Positions 1 through 10,224 of a stretch of 32,121 bases of DNA are shown in pieces. Each line of letters starts with the position of its first letter. The stretch's first letter is position 1. Made by a program: the position numbers and the translations under genes. This DNA comes from Bacteroidia bacterium (GTDB lineage Bacteria > Bacteroidota > Bacteroidia > Bacteroidales > Dysgonomonadaceae), in contig JAUNRY010000001.1 of NCBI GenBank assembly GCA_030539475.1, positions 1 to 32,121 of the forward strand. Direction: 5' to 3'. The notes beneath the pieces are model-generated. The model was not told the origin of the DNA. It worked only from the letters and a program-made list of their open reading frames with translations, and made no database searches.

Positions 1-81
1 CCAAGATACTGCTTTTTTGTGATTTGGCAAAGGAATTCAGGTGAAAAATAGCGCCGAAAGACGATTTTTTTATCTTTCGTT

Positions 82-119
82 AAAAAATTCACGGGATGAT
101 TTCAAACCATCCCGTGAAT
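82..119 (-). terminator. Intrinsic terminator downstream of secA
   Basis: Perfect 12-bp inverted repeat ATTCACGGGATG (87-98) / CATCCCGTGAAT (108-119), followed on the minus strand by a T-run (A82-87); about 60 bp past the secA stop. Confidence 0.85.
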
Positions 120-180
120 ACTATTGCCTGAGGAACTTTCAGTGGTTCCGTCAAGTCAAGAATGCAAGTTAAAATTCGCG

Positions 181-3100
181 TTACCCGGCTTGGCCGTGGC
201 AATTTTTAAATTTCTTTCCGCTGCCGCAAGGACAGGGATCGTTTCTTCCTACTTTCTTTTCAACACGTACCGGCTCCAATTTACGCGGCTCCTGGCCGGG
301 AGCGCCATTGGGCGAAGTGCGGGCGCTTTCCGCATCGTCTTTTTGAGTACGGTATTTGCTGTAATCGGTTTTCTGTTCGGGAGCGGCTTTGCGAACGTTT
401 TGCGGGTCTTGCACCGGAATTTGTCCGCGCATGAGAATGGATACCGCTTTTGAGTTGATATCGTTTACCATTATTTTGAAAAGGTTGAACGATTCGAGCT
501 TATAAATCAGCAGCGGATCTTTTTGTTCGTAACTGGCGTTCTGCACCGAGTGGCGCAGCTCGTCCATTTCCCGAAGATGCTCTTTCCAGTCCTCATCGAT
601 GGTGTGCAGCAAAATGGATTTTTCAAACGATTTCACCAAGGCTTTCGAACCCGATTCGTAGGCTTCTTTCAGGTTGGTGGCAATGTTGTACACTCTTTTT
701 CCGTCGGAAATGGGAATAAGAATATTTTCGTACATGGCGCCTTGCTTTTCGTACACGTCTTTGATAACGGGCTGCGCTATTTCCGCCAACCGATCGGTTT
801 TGCGTTTGAATCCCGAAATGGCTTTTTCAACAACTTTATCCGTTTGTGTATCCGTTTTCATATCTTTCATATCTCCTTCGGAGAAAGGAATTTCAACGGC
901 CATCACGCGGAAAAGGTCGAATTTCATGTTTTCATAATCGTCTTCGTTGGCTTCTACCACATTTTTAGCGGTTTCCGTAATCATGTTGGCCACGTCAATC
1001 TCAATACGATCGCCCATCAACGCGTGGCGGCGGCGTTTGTAGATAACTTCGCGCTGGGAGTTCATAACGTCGTCGTATTCCAACAAGCGTTTACGTATTC
1101 CGAAGTTGTTTTCTTCCACTTTTTTCTGCGCGCGTTCCACCGATTTGTTCAGCATATCGTGTTCGAGCATATCGCCTTCCTTGAAGCCCATGCGGTCCAT
1201 GAGCCCGGCAATACGTTCGGTAGCGAAAAGGCGCATCAAATCGTCTTCGAGCGAAACAAAAAATACGGAGGAACCCGGGTCTCCCTGACGGCCGGCACGG
1301 CCACGCAACTGGCGGTCGACACGGCGGCTTTCGTGCCGTTCCGTACCGATAATGGCCAGGCCTCCGGCCTGTTTTACTTCCGCTGTCAGCTTAATGTCGG
1401 TTCCACGGCCGGCCATGTTGGTGGCAATGGTTACCATTCCTTGCTGCCCGGCATTGGCCACAATTTCCGCTTCGCGTTGGTGTAGCTTGGCGTTCAGCAC
1501 GTTGTGCTTAATTTTACGCAATGTGAGCATGCGGCTCAGCAATTCGGAAATTTCCACCGATGTTGTACCTACGAGCACGGGGCGGCCTTTCGAGATAATT
1601 TCCGCAATTTCTTCAATAACGGCCGTATATTTTTCGCGTTTGGTTTTGTAAATACGGTCGTTCATATCGTTGCGGACAATGGGGCGATTGGTTGGAATTA
1701 CCACCACGTCTAATTTGTAAATATCCCAAAATTCGCCGGCTTCGGTTTCGGCCGTTCCGGTCATACCTGCCAGTTTGTTGTACATCCTGAAATAGTTCTG
1801 CAACGTAATGGTGGCGAAAGTTTGCGTGGCGGCTTCCACTTTCACGCGCTCTTTGGCTTCAATGGCCTGGTGCAATCCATCGGAATAGCGGCGGCCTTCC
1901 ATGATACGGCCGGTTTGTTCGTCAACAATTTTTACTTTGTTGTCTATTACCACGTATTCGTCGTCGCGCTCGAACAGCGTATATGCTTTAAGGAGTTGAT
2001 TCACAGTGTGAACTCGTTCCGATTTAATGGCGTAATTTTGCAACAGCTCGTCTTTTTTCACGGCTTTTTCCTCATCGCTCACTTGCAGGTTTTCGAGTTC
2101 GGCAAGTTCTGAGGCGATATCGGGCAGGATGAAGAAATTCGGGTCGTCTGATTTTCCCGTCAGCAAGTCTATACCTTTATCGGTCAGTTCAATACTGTTT
2201 TGTTTTTCGTCAATTACAAAGTAAAGCGGATCCGTGGCGATGTGCATGTTTCGCGACTGTTCCTGCATGTAAAATTCTTCTGTTTTGAGCATAGCGGCTT
2301 TCATACCTTGCTCGCTCAAGTACTTGATAAGCGGCTTGTACTTGGGCATACCTTTGTAAGAACGGAAGAGCAAGAGCGCGCCTTCTTCCTGCACTTTTTT
2401 GTCGTTTGATGCCATTTTGGCTTTTGCTTCGGCAAGCAGGTGCGTGGTAAATTCGCGTTGTGCTTTTACCACTTGCTCCACGCGCGGACGGAAAAGGTCG
2501 AAAAGCTGATCATCGCCTTTGGGAACAGGCCCCGAAATAATCAACGGTGTACGCGCGTCGTCTATCAATACCGAGTCCACCTCGTCCACAATAGCGTAGT
2601 TGTGTGTGCGTTGCACCAGGTCTTTTGGTGAAACGGCCATGTTGTCGCGAAGGTAATCGAAACCGAACTCGTTGTTTGTTCCAAAAGTAATGTCTGCTTC
2701 GTAAGCCTTGCGGCGCGAATCGGAGTTGGGCTCGTGCTTGTCGATACAATCTACGGAAAGGCCGTGAAACATGTAAATGGGCCCCATCCACTCGGAGTCG
2801 CGTTTCGATAGGTAATCGTTTACGGTTACCACATGAACTCCTCTGTGAGTGAGAGCATTGAGAAAAACGGGAAGCGTTGCTACCAGCGTTTTACCTTCTC
2901 CGGTTGCCATTTCCGCTATTTTTCCCTGATGTAGCACCACCCCGCCGAACAACTGCACGTCGTAGTGAACCATGTCCCAAAGTATTTCGTTTCCGCCGGC
3001 CATCCAACGATTCAGGTATATGGCTTTGTCGCCTTCAATGCGGACAAAATCGTGCTTTGCTGCCAGATCCCTGTCGAAATCGTTAGCCGTAACCACCGTT

Positions 3101-3477
3101 TCGGCATTTTCTTTGAATCGCTTGGCGGTTTCCTTGACCACGGAAAAAGCTTCGGGAAGAATTTCCAGCAATACTTTTTCTAATTTCGATGTGATTTCTT
3201 TTTCAATTTTGTCTATCTCGTTCCATACCGCTTCGCGTTTTTCTAATTCTACTCCCTCAATATCGGTTTTCAACTCCGCAATAAGGGCGTTATCTTCGGC
3301 AATGAAAAGGCCTATTCTTTCTTCGAGCTCTTTGGTTTTGGCACGCAACGCATCGTTGGAGAGCTTTTCTATTTCTAAATAAGCCTCCTTTATGGTATTT
3401 ACAATCGGATTTATTTCGTGCAAATCCCGTTGTGCCTTATTTCCAAATAATTTACTTATAAATTTGTTTAATCCCAT
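181..3477 (-). CDS. secA: Preprotein translocase ATPase subunit SecA
   Basis: Motifs [55 protein letters not shown] and C-terminal [23 protein letters not shown]. Start moved to ATG 3477 (MGLNKF); the upstream extension is translated repeat DNA. Confidence 0.98.
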   Translation of the reverse strand: MGLNKFISKLFGNKAQRDLHEINPIVNTIKEAYLEIEKLSNDALRAKTKELEERIGLFIAEDNALIAELKTDIEGVELEKREAVWNEIDKIEKEITSKLEKVLLEILPEAFSVVKETAKRFKENAETVVTANDFDRDLAAKHDFVRIEGDKAIYLNRWMAGGNEILWDMVHYDVQLFGGVVLHQGKIAEMATGEGKTLVATLPVFLNALTHRGVHVVTVNDYLSKRDSEWMGPIYMFHGLSVDCIDKHEPNSDSRRKAYEADITFGTNNEFGFDYLRDNMAVSPKDLVQRTHNYAIVDEVDSVLIDDARTPLIISGPVPKGDDQLFDLFRPRVEQVVKAQREFTTHLLAEAKAKMASNDKKVQEEGALLLFRSYKGMPKYKPLIKYLSEQGMKAAMLKTEEFYMQEQSRNMHIATDPLYFVIDEKQNSIELTDKGIDLLTGKSDDPNFFILPDIASELAELENLQVSDEEKAVKKDELLQNYAIKSERVHTVNQLLKAYTLFERDDEYVVIDNKVKIVDEQTGRIMEGRRYSDGLHQAIEAKERVKVEAATQTFATITLQNYFRMYNKLAGMTGTAETEAGEFWDIYKLDVVVIPTNRPIVRNDMNDRIYKTKREKYTAVIEEIAEIISKGRPVLVGTTSVEISELLSRMLTLRKIKHNVLNAKLHQREAEIVANAGQQGMVTIATNMAGRGTDIKLTAEVKQAGGLAIIGTERHESRRVDRQLRGRAGRQGDPGSSVFFVSLEDDLMRLFATERIAGLMDRMGFKEGDMLEHDMLNKSVERAQKKVEENNFGIRKRLLEYDDVMNSQREVIYKRRRHALMGDRIEIDVANMITETAKNVVEANEDDYENMKFDLFRVMAVEIPFSEGDMKDMKTDTQTDKVVEKAISGFKRKTDRLAEIAQPVIKDVYEKQGAMYENILIPISDGKRVYNIATNLKEAYESGSKALVKSFEKSILLHTIDEDWKEHLREMDELRHSVQNASYEQKDPLLIYKLESFNLFKIMVNDINSKAVSILMRGQIPVQDPQNVRKAAPEQKTDYSKYRTQKDDAESARTSPNGAPGQEPRKLEPVRVEKKVGRNDPCPCGSGKKFKNCHGQAG

Positions 3478-3490
3478 GATTATATTTCTT

Positions 3491-3525
3491 GTTGAGGGTT
3501 CCGGGTTACGAGTTTCGAGTGAATG
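3491..3525. repeat. Degenerate 7-bp tandem repeat upstream of secA
   Basis: GTTGAGG GTTCCGG GTTACGA GTTTCGA GTGAATG, period 7. Confidence 0.6.
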
Positions 3526-3575
3526 TATCGGAACTGGTTTCCCCGTCACACTTATTTTTTATATTTTCTTAATTT

Positions 3576-3599
3576 AGACGATGCAGGCATCGTCTCTAC
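3576..3599 (-). repeat. GTAG-type REP-like palindrome
   Basis: Minus strand reads GTAG-AGACGATGC-CT-GCATCGTCT: GTAG tetranucleotide plus 9-bp inverted repeat, intergenic. Confidence 0.7.
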
Positions 3600-3608
3600 A
3601 CGTTGTTT

Positions 3609-5189
3609 TCAGAACAATTCTTCCAAAATATTCGCTTTGGCGGCATTGGGAGCGCGAATACGCAGCCGGTGCGAAACGCTTGGAGCAATTTCCGTAGCAT
3701 TAACAACCCGGTTAATACGTTGCGGCTTTATGTTGTTTCCGAAAAAGATAACGGGCGCGTGCACGGCGTTGTCTCTTACGCGTACGTTATGATTTGGGTC
3801 ATTTTCGAATACTACCCTCCAGCCGGGTTGTAATTCCAGGTAAAGATCTCCGGAAATTCCTGTGTAAAAGCCATTTCTGTAATGCTGCACGCGTTGGTTG
3901 TATGCTCCGTGAAGCATCTGATGCGATGTTATTACATCTTGAATGCCTGAAGATTGCACGAGAAACTCGGCCGCTTTTTGCTGAAATTCAACAAAGTTTA
4001 TTTTTTTGTCTTCGATAAGTTTCCGGTTAAAAAACAACTGCTGATTGTAGTATTTACTGATCCATTGCTCGCGGCCGTAAATTGCCATGAGGTACATGTT
4101 GAGCAAAGCAATGCTCCTGTCCGGAAAAAAATCGCCGCCCGATGTAACCATATCCGCAGGATGAATTTCCTGTTCGTTGAAATATCCTGTGGAAGCCACA
4201 AAAACGAGGGCATTTTGCAAGCCTACGGCTGAGTCTATGGCGTTGAGCAATTTCTCTATTTCCTGATCCAGCCGGTAGTATATATCCTGCACTTCGATGG
4301 AATAATTTTTATCGAGCGAATTTTCGTAATTGCCCGCGTAAAAAGTGAGCGCGAGAAAATCGGGGTTTTGACGCGTTCCCAACGAGTTTGCTTTCAGCAC
4401 CTTTTCGGCGATTTCCCGCACTTCGAAATTTATATAGGGCGATTGTTTCAACAAACGGACGTTGTTTTTTTTCTCTATCCCAAAATAATGCTGGAAATTA
4501 TAGAGGTTTTTGGTGTACGCAAAAGCGTTGTAGTTCGAGATATCTATAGCCGGGCGCCACGTGATGGAGCTGACTCTCCGGCTCAATGATTCCGCCGTGC
4601 GGTTGTGCTGTTCCACAATGGGTTGGCGGGTTTTGTAGAAGTTGGTTGTAGCCCAGTTTCCGGTTACATCTTCCACCCAGTAAGCTCCGCTGGCCGCATG
4701 TCCGCCGGAGGCGAGCGCCTGCGAAGCGTGCGGTGCGAAAGCAAATACATCGGCCTGTCCGCCGGAAGCAATTTTCAATTCGTCGGCAATGGTGGAAACT
4801 CTTATGGGAAGCGGCGAGTAGCGTTCGGTAGTGAAATTTCCGGCGTAGTTATTATCTAAAAACGACGAAATTTCCCTGTTTTCATTCAACAGGAATTTGT
4901 TTTCTCCTATGATTCCGTGGTACGACGGGTTGGCGCCCGTGAAGATAGTGGTAATGGTGGAAGCCCTGTCGAGATAAGGAAAATCGAATTCCACATCGGC
5001 ATACACCAATCCTTCGTTGAGTAATCTTTTGAAACCTTTTTCTCCGAAAGTATGCTGAAACATCTCCAGATAATCGCCGCGTAGCTGGTCAATGGTGATT
5101 CCCACAACTAATTTGGGCGTTTGCGTGCCTTGCGCGCAGAGAGAAGCTATCGAAAAAAGAGCGACGAGAGATGATACTATTTTAATCAT
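3609..5189 (-). CDS. PafA-like alkaline phosphatase superfamily protein, probably catalytically degenerate, exported
   Basis: Signal peptide (SLCA|Q), PKLVVGITIDQLR, GFKRLLNEG, TIFTG..P..HGII, C-terminal APVIFFG...IAPSV; the nucleophile and metal-ligand motifs look substituted. Confidence 0.85.
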   Translation of the reverse strand: MIKIVSSLVALFSIASLCAQGTQTPKLVVGITIDQLRGDYLEMFQHTFGEKGFKRLLNEGLVYADVEFDFPYLDRASTITTIFTGANPSYHGIIGENKFLLNENREISSFLDNNYAGNFTTERYSPLPIRVSTIADELKIASGGQADVFAFAPHASQALASGGHAASGAYWVEDVTGNWATTNFYKTRQPIVEQHNRTAESLSRRVSSITWRPAIDISNYNAFAYTKNLYNFQHYFGIEKKNNVRLLKQSPYINFEVREIAEKVLKANSLGTRQNPDFLALTFYAGNYENSLDKNYSIEVQDIYYRLDQEIEKLLNAIDSAVGLQNALVFVASTGYFNEQEIHPADMVTSGGDFFPDRSIALLNMYLMAIYGREQWISKYYNQQLFFNRKLIEDKKINFVEFQQKAAEFLVQSSGIQDVITSHQMLHGAYNQRVQHYRNGFYTGISGDLYLELQPGWRVVFENDPNHNVRVRDNAVHAPVIFFGNNIKPQRINRVVNATEIAPSVSHRLRIRAPNAAKANILEELF

Positions 5190-5245
5190 TGAATGTTGTT
5201 GTCTTTCGTTTTGTTTATAGCCAATAGCTAATTACAAAAACCGTG

Positions 5246-6508
5246 CTAAAAATCACCGCCCCACCCCGCTTTCATATATTTGGACGAAACATATCGTTTG
5301 TTGGTCATTCTTCTTTTCCGCAACATGAACACGTTCATGCCCGACCGAATCCATAAACTCATTGAAAAAGGGATAGTTGCCGGTGGCAATTGTTGCGGAA
5401 TAAACCACCACAGAAGCAAAAAGAGCGTTAAGACTGCAAAGTTAATAAAATGATAGATATTTACCGCTTTTTTTGCCGATTTTACCCAAAATAAAAAGGC
5501 GAAAATGAGCGCGAAAATATTCATCCAGACAAAATTCCAGTTGGGGTTGGTGGCGGGATGCACGGAAAAAAACATCAGAAAAAAAATAACCAGCCCGCCA
5601 AGGCCAAACAGAACAAAAAGAAACGTGTCGTAAATTTTGGGGAACCGGATTCGGTTTAGTTTCACAATTTGCACAACGGAAATTAAAATGGTAATAAAAA
5701 GAAGTGCGAATGCTATCGACAATGGATTAAATACACCCCATTCGCCATCTGCTTTCGATTGATTTACAAGAGGAACAACAATTTCCGTATTTTTCACGAG
5801 CGGATAGCTCACCGTATCGGGTTTTTCCACGTTTGCGCCTTCAAAAGCATTCAAAAGATACACGGGAAGGAACATTTTTTCACGCAACGTAATCGGTTTG
5901 TCGGCATCGCTGCCGATAACCAAATCTATGCCGAACTTCATCCATGGAAAGGCACTAACGCACTCGTGCACGAGGTCGCGAAAGGTTTGTACGTTGGTAT
6001 CGGCCGGATACTGAATAACACCCTGCACGTGCTTTTCGGTTAAATCGCGCGGACGGGTAACGCAATTGTCGTAAAAAAAATTGTAGCGATAGCTTTTATT
6101 TTCGGGTAACGTATTTATGTATAGCGCGTTCCATAGATTTTGTTTTTCTTCTTGGGTCAGGTTCAGTTCCTGTTCAACAACTTCCACCCCTTTCATGCGA
6201 TACTCGTTCAGGAAAAATTCCAGCGGCACGGCTTCCACTACATAATCGGTTTCGCCGCGCACAAAATGATACATGAAATTGGGGCGGCTCGTGTCGAAAT
6301 AGCCGTAATTGAACACCTTGTCGATACCCAACGAATCATCGCGCACCATAATAGCCGTATGCCCATAAACGGCATAAATGGCTCCATCCCAAGGCGATGT
6401 GGTCATCAGGCTGATTTTCGCGCTATCGCTCAATTGTATTTGAGCCTTAGTGGATTGTGTTCCTGCGATTATAAAGAATGATATTGCAACTAAGATTGTT
6501 CTTAACAT
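5246..6508 (-). CDS. lnb: DUF4105 membrane protein, likely Bacteroides-type lipoprotein N-acyltransferase Lnb
   Basis: Signal peptide; periplasmic domain with YGHTAI, FNYGYFD and YRYNFFYDNCVTR (His/Cys pair); about 5 C-terminal TM helices. Confidence 0.8.
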   Translation of the reverse strand: MLRTILVAISFFIIAGTQSTKAQIQLSDSAKISLMTTSPWDGAIYAVYGHTAIMVRDDSLGIDKVFNYGYFDTSRPNFMYHFVRGETDYVVEAVPLEFFLNEYRMKGVEVVEQELNLTQEEKQNLWNALYINTLPENKSYRYNFFYDNCVTRPRDLTEKHVQGVIQYPADTNVQTFRDLVHECVSAFPWMKFGIDLVIGSDADKPITLREKMFLPVYLLNAFEGANVEKPDTVSYPLVKNTEIVVPLVNQSKADGEWGVFNPLSIAFALLFITILISVVQIVKLNRIRFPKIYDTFLFVLFGLGGLVIFFLMFFSVHPATNPNWNFVWMNIFALIFAFLFWVKSAKKAVNIYHFINFAVLTLFLLLWWFIPQQLPPATIPFSMSLWIRSGMNVFMLRKRRMTNKRYVSSKYMKAGWGGDF

Positions 6509-6540
6509 ATTTCAAAATCGAATAACGATTACACAAACCA

Positions 6541-6548
6541 CAAAAGTA
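6541..6548 (-). promoter_or_regulatory. Bacteroidota -7 promoter element for the lnb-pafA-like(-secA) unit
   Basis: TACTTTTG on the minus strand matches TAnnTTTG, ~33 bp upstream of the ATG. Confidence 0.6.
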
Positions 6549-6645
6549 AAAATTATTTTTCAAAATTAACGCCTATGATTAATTTGCTCCGCCAATCACG
6601 CGGTTTATTTAACTACATTTAAGGCTATGATTCAAAGTGTTTTTT

Positions 6646-6653
6646 TATTTTTG
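6646..6653 (+). promoter_or_regulatory. Possible -7 promoter element for the nitroreductase gene
   Basis: TATTTTTG matches TAnnTTTG, but in a T-rich context. Confidence 0.4.
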
Positions 6654-6759
6654 TATTAGAATTTATTCTGACTTACGGTTATGGAAATAACACCTTTCAG
6701 GTGTAGTGCTGCTATAAATTAAATACATAATAAACTATTGTATCTCTAATTTTTTCGAT

Positions 6760-7362
6760 ATGAACAAGTTAATTATTTTTCTTTCATTTTCATTGCTGGG
6801 AACAACGTTGTTTGCCCAAGACATCAACCTTCCCGCTCCCGACAAAAACGGCGGCAAACCTTTGATGCAAGCGCTGAGCGAACGCAAATCAACCCGCGAG
6901 TTTCAGGAAAAAGAGTTGCCGAACAACGTGTTGTCTAATCTGCTGTGGGCTGCAAACGGGTTTAATCGCGACGATAAACGCACGGCTCCCACAGCCAACA
7001 ACCGTCAGGAGCTTGAACTGTATGTGGTACTCAAAAACGGTATCTATTTTTACAACGCCAAAGAACACACATTGGAGTTGGTGAAAAAAGGCGATTATCG
7101 TAAAAATGCGGGCACACAAGCCTATGTTGCCGATGCGCCGGTTAATATTTTGTTTGTCTCAGACTCCGAGAAGGCGTCGAGTAAAAATTACACCTATACC
7201 AATTGTGGTTTCATCGCGCAAAACATCTATCTCTATTGCGCTTCCGAAGGCCTGGGAGTGGTTGTGCGCGTAATGTTAGATAAAAATGAGCTTGAAAAAC
7301 TGTTGGAGCTGCCTTCCACAAAAGAAGTGCTGCTGACGCAAACGGTGGGTTATCCGAAATAA
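6760..7362 (+). CDS. SagB/ThcOx-type nitroreductase-fold FMN protein with signal peptide
   Basis: LPAP..GGKPLMQALSERKSTREF, LSNLLWAANG, RTAPTA.N, GFIAQNIYLYCASEGLG, QTVGYP; N-terminal MNKLIIFLSFSLLGTTLFA|Q. Confidence 0.9.
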   Translation: MNKLIIFLSFSLLGTTLFAQDINLPAPDKNGGKPLMQALSERKSTREFQEKELPNNVLSNLLWAANGFNRDDKRTAPTANNRQELELYVVLKNGIYFYNAKEHTLELVKKGDYRKNAGTQAYVADAPVNILFVSDSEKASSKNYTYTNCGFIAQNIYLYCASEGLGVVVRVMLDKNELEKLLELPSTKEVLLTQTVGYPK

Positions 7363-7398
7363 TCGGTTGATGCGATTTCGGTAAGTCGCATTTTATAC

Positions 7399-7437
7399 AA
7401 AAAACGGTGATTTTCTTCCGAAAACCACCGTTTTTTT
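7399..7437. terminator. Bidirectional intrinsic terminator between the nitroreductase gene and rpmE2
   Basis: AAAAAACGGTG-ATTTTC-TTCC-GAAAAC-CACCGTTTTTT hairpin with A and T tails, between convergent genes. Confidence 0.88.
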
Positions 7438-7454
7438 ATTCTTTTCGCAAGTAT

Positions 7455-7709
7455 TTATTTTTTCTTGCGGTCACCATAGCGGCTCATAAATTTATCAACA
7501 CGTCCGGCCGTATCCACCAATTTTTGTTTTCCGGTGTAGAACGGATGCGATGAACTGGTAATTTCGAGTTTTACCAAAGGATAAGTAACACCATCAATTT
7601 CAATGGTTTCCTTTGCGTTGATGGTGGAACGCGAAATGAAAATTTCTTCGTTCGACATATCCTTGAAAACTACCGGGCGATAATTGCTTGGATGTATTTC
7701 TTTTTTCAT
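7455..7709 (-). CDS. rpmE2: 50S ribosomal protein L31 type B (Cys-less)
   Basis: [17 protein letters not shown]...[36 protein letters not shown]; 84 aa from ATG 7709. Confidence 0.97.
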   Translation of the reverse strand: MKKEIHPSNYRPVVFKDMSNEEIFISRSTINAKETIEIDGVTYPLVKLEITSSSHPFYTGKQKLVDTAGRVDKFMSRYGDRKKK

Positions 7710-7754
7710 TGCTGTATGTTTGTTTTGTTTTTGTTGCTCTGAATTTTCGGAATG

Positions 7755-7762
7755 CAAAGATA
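7755..7762 (-). promoter_or_regulatory. -7 promoter element for rpmE2
   Basis: TATCTTTG(CA) on the minus strand. Confidence 0.7.
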
Positions 7763-7824
7763 CAACGATTCATTGAAATACAAAAATTTAATTGGGATAT
7801 TTTCTGAAAATCGTTCTGAAAGAT

Positions 7825-7832
7825 TAAATTTG
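7825..7832 (+). promoter_or_regulatory. -7 promoter element for cinA
   Basis: TAAATTTG(CA), 17 bp before the GTG start. Confidence 0.65.
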
Positions 7833-7849
7833 CACAAAATTGAAAACAA

Positions 7850-9085
7850 GTGAAGATTGAAATTATTCCCGTGGGCGATGAAATTCTTATCGGCCAAATA
7901 ACGGACACCAACTCTGCCTGGATGGCAGACAAACTCACCCGAAAAGGGTTTGAAATTAACGCTATTACCACCGTTGGCGACTGTGCGCAAGATATTATCG
8001 GGGCAATTGATACGGCGCTTTTGAGAGCGGACGTGGTATTGATGACGGGCGGAGTTGGGCCTACAAAAGACGATATTACGAAAAAAACGCTTTGCGAATA
8101 TTTTCAGGATCAACTGATTTTTAGTGAAGATGTTTTGAAAAACATTGAGCAACTATTTGCACGTAAAAAATACACATTGAACGAGTTAACCCGAAACCAG
8201 GCGTTTGTTCCCGAAAACTGCTTTGTAATTCAAAACAAAGCGGGAACGGCTCCCATTCTTTGGTTTGAGCGTAAAAATAAAATATTGGTTTCTATGCCGG
8301 GCGTCCCCTTCGAAATGAAAACGGCTATGAACAATGAAATTATTCCGCGCTTGCAGAAACACTTTCTTCCGGTTGATTACCTGAAATGCTCTTTTTTGGT
8401 TTCAGGCATAACGGAATCGGCTTTGGCGCTATTATTGACCGGGTTCGAAAACCGATTGCCGGCAAATTTTTCCCTCGCTTATCTTCCATCCTACGGATTA
8501 ATTCGGTTACGGCTTTCGGCATGGGGAAATGAGAATCTTTCTGAACTGGAACTTCAAAAAGAGAAACTGAAGCAATTGCTGGAGCACATATTGATTGACG
8601 AAAGCGACAAGCCGATCGAAACCATCTTAGGCGAAAAATTGCGCAGCAAAAAACTTTCCATATCCGTTGCCGAGAGCTGCACGGGCGGAAATATCGCGCA
8701 TCGGATAACGCTTGTGCCGGGCTCATCGGATTATTTTGAAGGCGGCATTGTCTCTTATTCTAATTCCATTAAAACTAATGTGTTAAACATAAATTCAGCC
8801 ACCATAGAAAAACAAGGAGCAGTTAGTGAAGAAGTAGTGGAATTGATGGCAAAACACATTTCGAAAACAATGCAAACCGATTGCTCCATTGCCGTTTCGG
8901 GCATTGCGGGCCCCGATGGCGGAACACCCGAAAAACCGGTGGGAACGGTGTGGATTTGCACCCAACTGCACAACAAAATAGTAACACAAAAATATCAGTT
9001 CGGCACTTCGCGCGAAGAAAATATAAACAGAGCAACCAACATGGCTATCTTGCAGATGATTGAAATGGTGAACAGAGAAGTATAA
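7850..9085 (+). CDS. cinA: CinA family protein (MocF-like domain plus NMN deamidase PncC domain)
   Basis: GDEILIGQITDTNSAW, TGGVGPTKDDIT, MPGVPFEM, AESCTGG, GAVSEEVV, SGIAGPDGGTPEKPVGTVW. Confidence 0.95.
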   Translation: MKIEIIPVGDEILIGQITDTNSAWMADKLTRKGFEINAITTVGDCAQDIIGAIDTALLRADVVLMTGGVGPTKDDITKKTLCEYFQDQLIFSEDVLKNIEQLFARKKYTLNELTRNQAFVPENCFVIQNKAGTAPILWFERKNKILVSMPGVPFEMKTAMNNEIIPRLQKHFLPVDYLKCSFLVSGITESALALLLTGFENRLPANFSLAYLPSYGLIRLRLSAWGNENLSELELQKEKLKQLLEHILIDESDKPIETILGEKLRSKKLSISVAESCTGGNIAHRITLVPGSSDYFEGGIVSYSNSIKTNVLNINSATIEKQGAVSEEVVELMAKHISKTMQTDCSIAVSGIAGPDGGTPEKPVGTVWICTQLHNKIVTQKYQFGTSREENINRATNMAILQMIEMVNREV

Positions 9086-9097
9086 AAACAGAAGAAG

Positions 9098-9526
9098 ATG
9101 AAAATAAAAGAAATCACCGTAAAATCATTAGACGGTGAAACCGTAGATATAGCGGAAATTTATCGGGGGAAAAACCTACTCATTCTGTTCTTCAACATTC
9201 AGTGTTTAGGATGCGTGGGCAGGGCAATTCCGTTGGCGTATGATTATCTTCACGAGTTTAAAAACCTGAACGTTACAGCCATCCACACCCCATTTGGCAA
9301 AGAAATTGTTACCCAAGAAGATATTATCAATGTATTCACCCGGAAAAAGTTGCCGTTTCCCATTTATTTCGATATCGAAAAAACAAATTACGAAAAATTT
9401 GAGTGTGAAGGCACTCCGCATTGGATTTTGATGGATAAGCAAGGGAATGTAACCCGTTCGATTTTCGGGTCGCAAGAAAACGCCCAAACAAGACTGCTTT
9501 ATGCGCTGGAAGAATTAGCCCGGTAA
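9098..9526 (+). CDS. Thioredoxin-like redoxin (TlpA/AhpC-TSA fold), cytoplasmic
   Basis: CLGC motif, LPFPIYFD, cis-Pro loop GTPHWILMDKQG; no signal peptide. Confidence 0.85.
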   Translation: MKIKEITVKSLDGETVDIAEIYRGKNLLILFFNIQCLGCVGRAIPLAYDYLHEFKNLNVTAIHTPFGKEIVTQEDIINVFTRKKLPFPIYFDIEKTNYEKFECEGTPHWILMDKQGNVTRSIFGSQENAQTRLLYALEELAR

Positions 9527-9593
9527 TGCAGTTCCGGCTGTCGGAAAACGCATAATTTCGTTCCTGTTTGCCGGTTTTCTCGAAAAAATCAGT

Positions 9594-9601
9594 TAAATTT
9601 G
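9594..9601 (+). promoter_or_regulatory. -7 promoter element for ruvA(-sprA)
   Basis: TAAATTTG, 27 bp before the ATG. Confidence 0.6.
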
Positions 9602-9628
9602 ACAAAACAATCGTGAAACGTAAATAAT

Positions 9629-10219
9629 ATGATTGATTACATAAAAGGTAAAATCGCCGAATTAACACCGGCTTCCGTTACAATTGAGTGCAACGGCGTG
9701 GGTTATTTCGCAAACATTTCGCTGAACACATACAGCGCGCTTAACAATCAGGAATCGGCTAAGCTCTACATTTTCGAATCCATCCGCGAAGACGCGCACG
9801 TTCTTTTCGGTTTTGCCGATAAGCATGAGCGCGAGATATTTTTGCACCTCATCACGGTTTCCGGTGTGGGCCCAAGCACAGGGAGAATGATTTTATCGTC
9901 ACTCAGTTCTAGGGAGTTGGAATCGGTAATTGCTTCTGAAAATGCCACCGTGCTCCAGTCTGTAAAAGGAATTGGTGCAAAAACCGCTCAGCGAATTATT
10001 ATCGACTTGAAAGATAAGATAAAGTACACCGAAGACGGCTCCACCGTAAAAATTTCGGCAGCCATGTTCGTGTCGGGCGTGGGTACCGAAGCCGTATCGG
10101 CATTGGTGATGCTTGGTTTTTCCAAACAAGCCTCGGAAAAAGCGGTGGCGAAAATAGTGAAGGAATCACCCTCACTGTCAGTGGAAGCGATTATCAAAGA
10201 AGCGCTGAAAAGAATGTGA
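9629..10219 (+). CDS. ruvA: Holliday junction branch migration protein RuvA
   Basis: [59 protein letters not shown]. Confidence 0.98.
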   Translation: MIDYIKGKIAELTPASVTIECNGVGYFANISLNTYSALNNQESAKLYIFESIREDAHVLFGFADKHEREIFLHLITVSGVGPSTGRMILSSLSSRELESVIASENATVLQSVKGIGAKTAQRIIIDLKDKIKYTEDGSTVKISAAMFVSGVGTEAVSALVMLGFSKQASEKAVAKIVKESPSLSVEAIIKEALKRM

Positions 10220-10224
10220 AATCA

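Noticed and set aside
523-1485. 320-aa plus-strand ORF
   Set aside because: Antisense shadow of secA with F/H/V-rich composition and no recognisable motifs.
3478-3549. N-terminal extension of SecA in the ORF track
   Set aside because: Translates the heptamer repeat leader; SecA-like sequence begins at MGLNKF (3477).
6760-7362. RiPP (azole) biosynthetic cluster around the SagB-like gene
   Set aside because: No YcaO cyclodehydratase, precursor peptide or exporter adjacent.
7706-8152. 148-aa and 123-aa minus-strand ORFs across the rpmE2/cinA junction
   Set aside because: Overlap two well-supported genes and their promoters.
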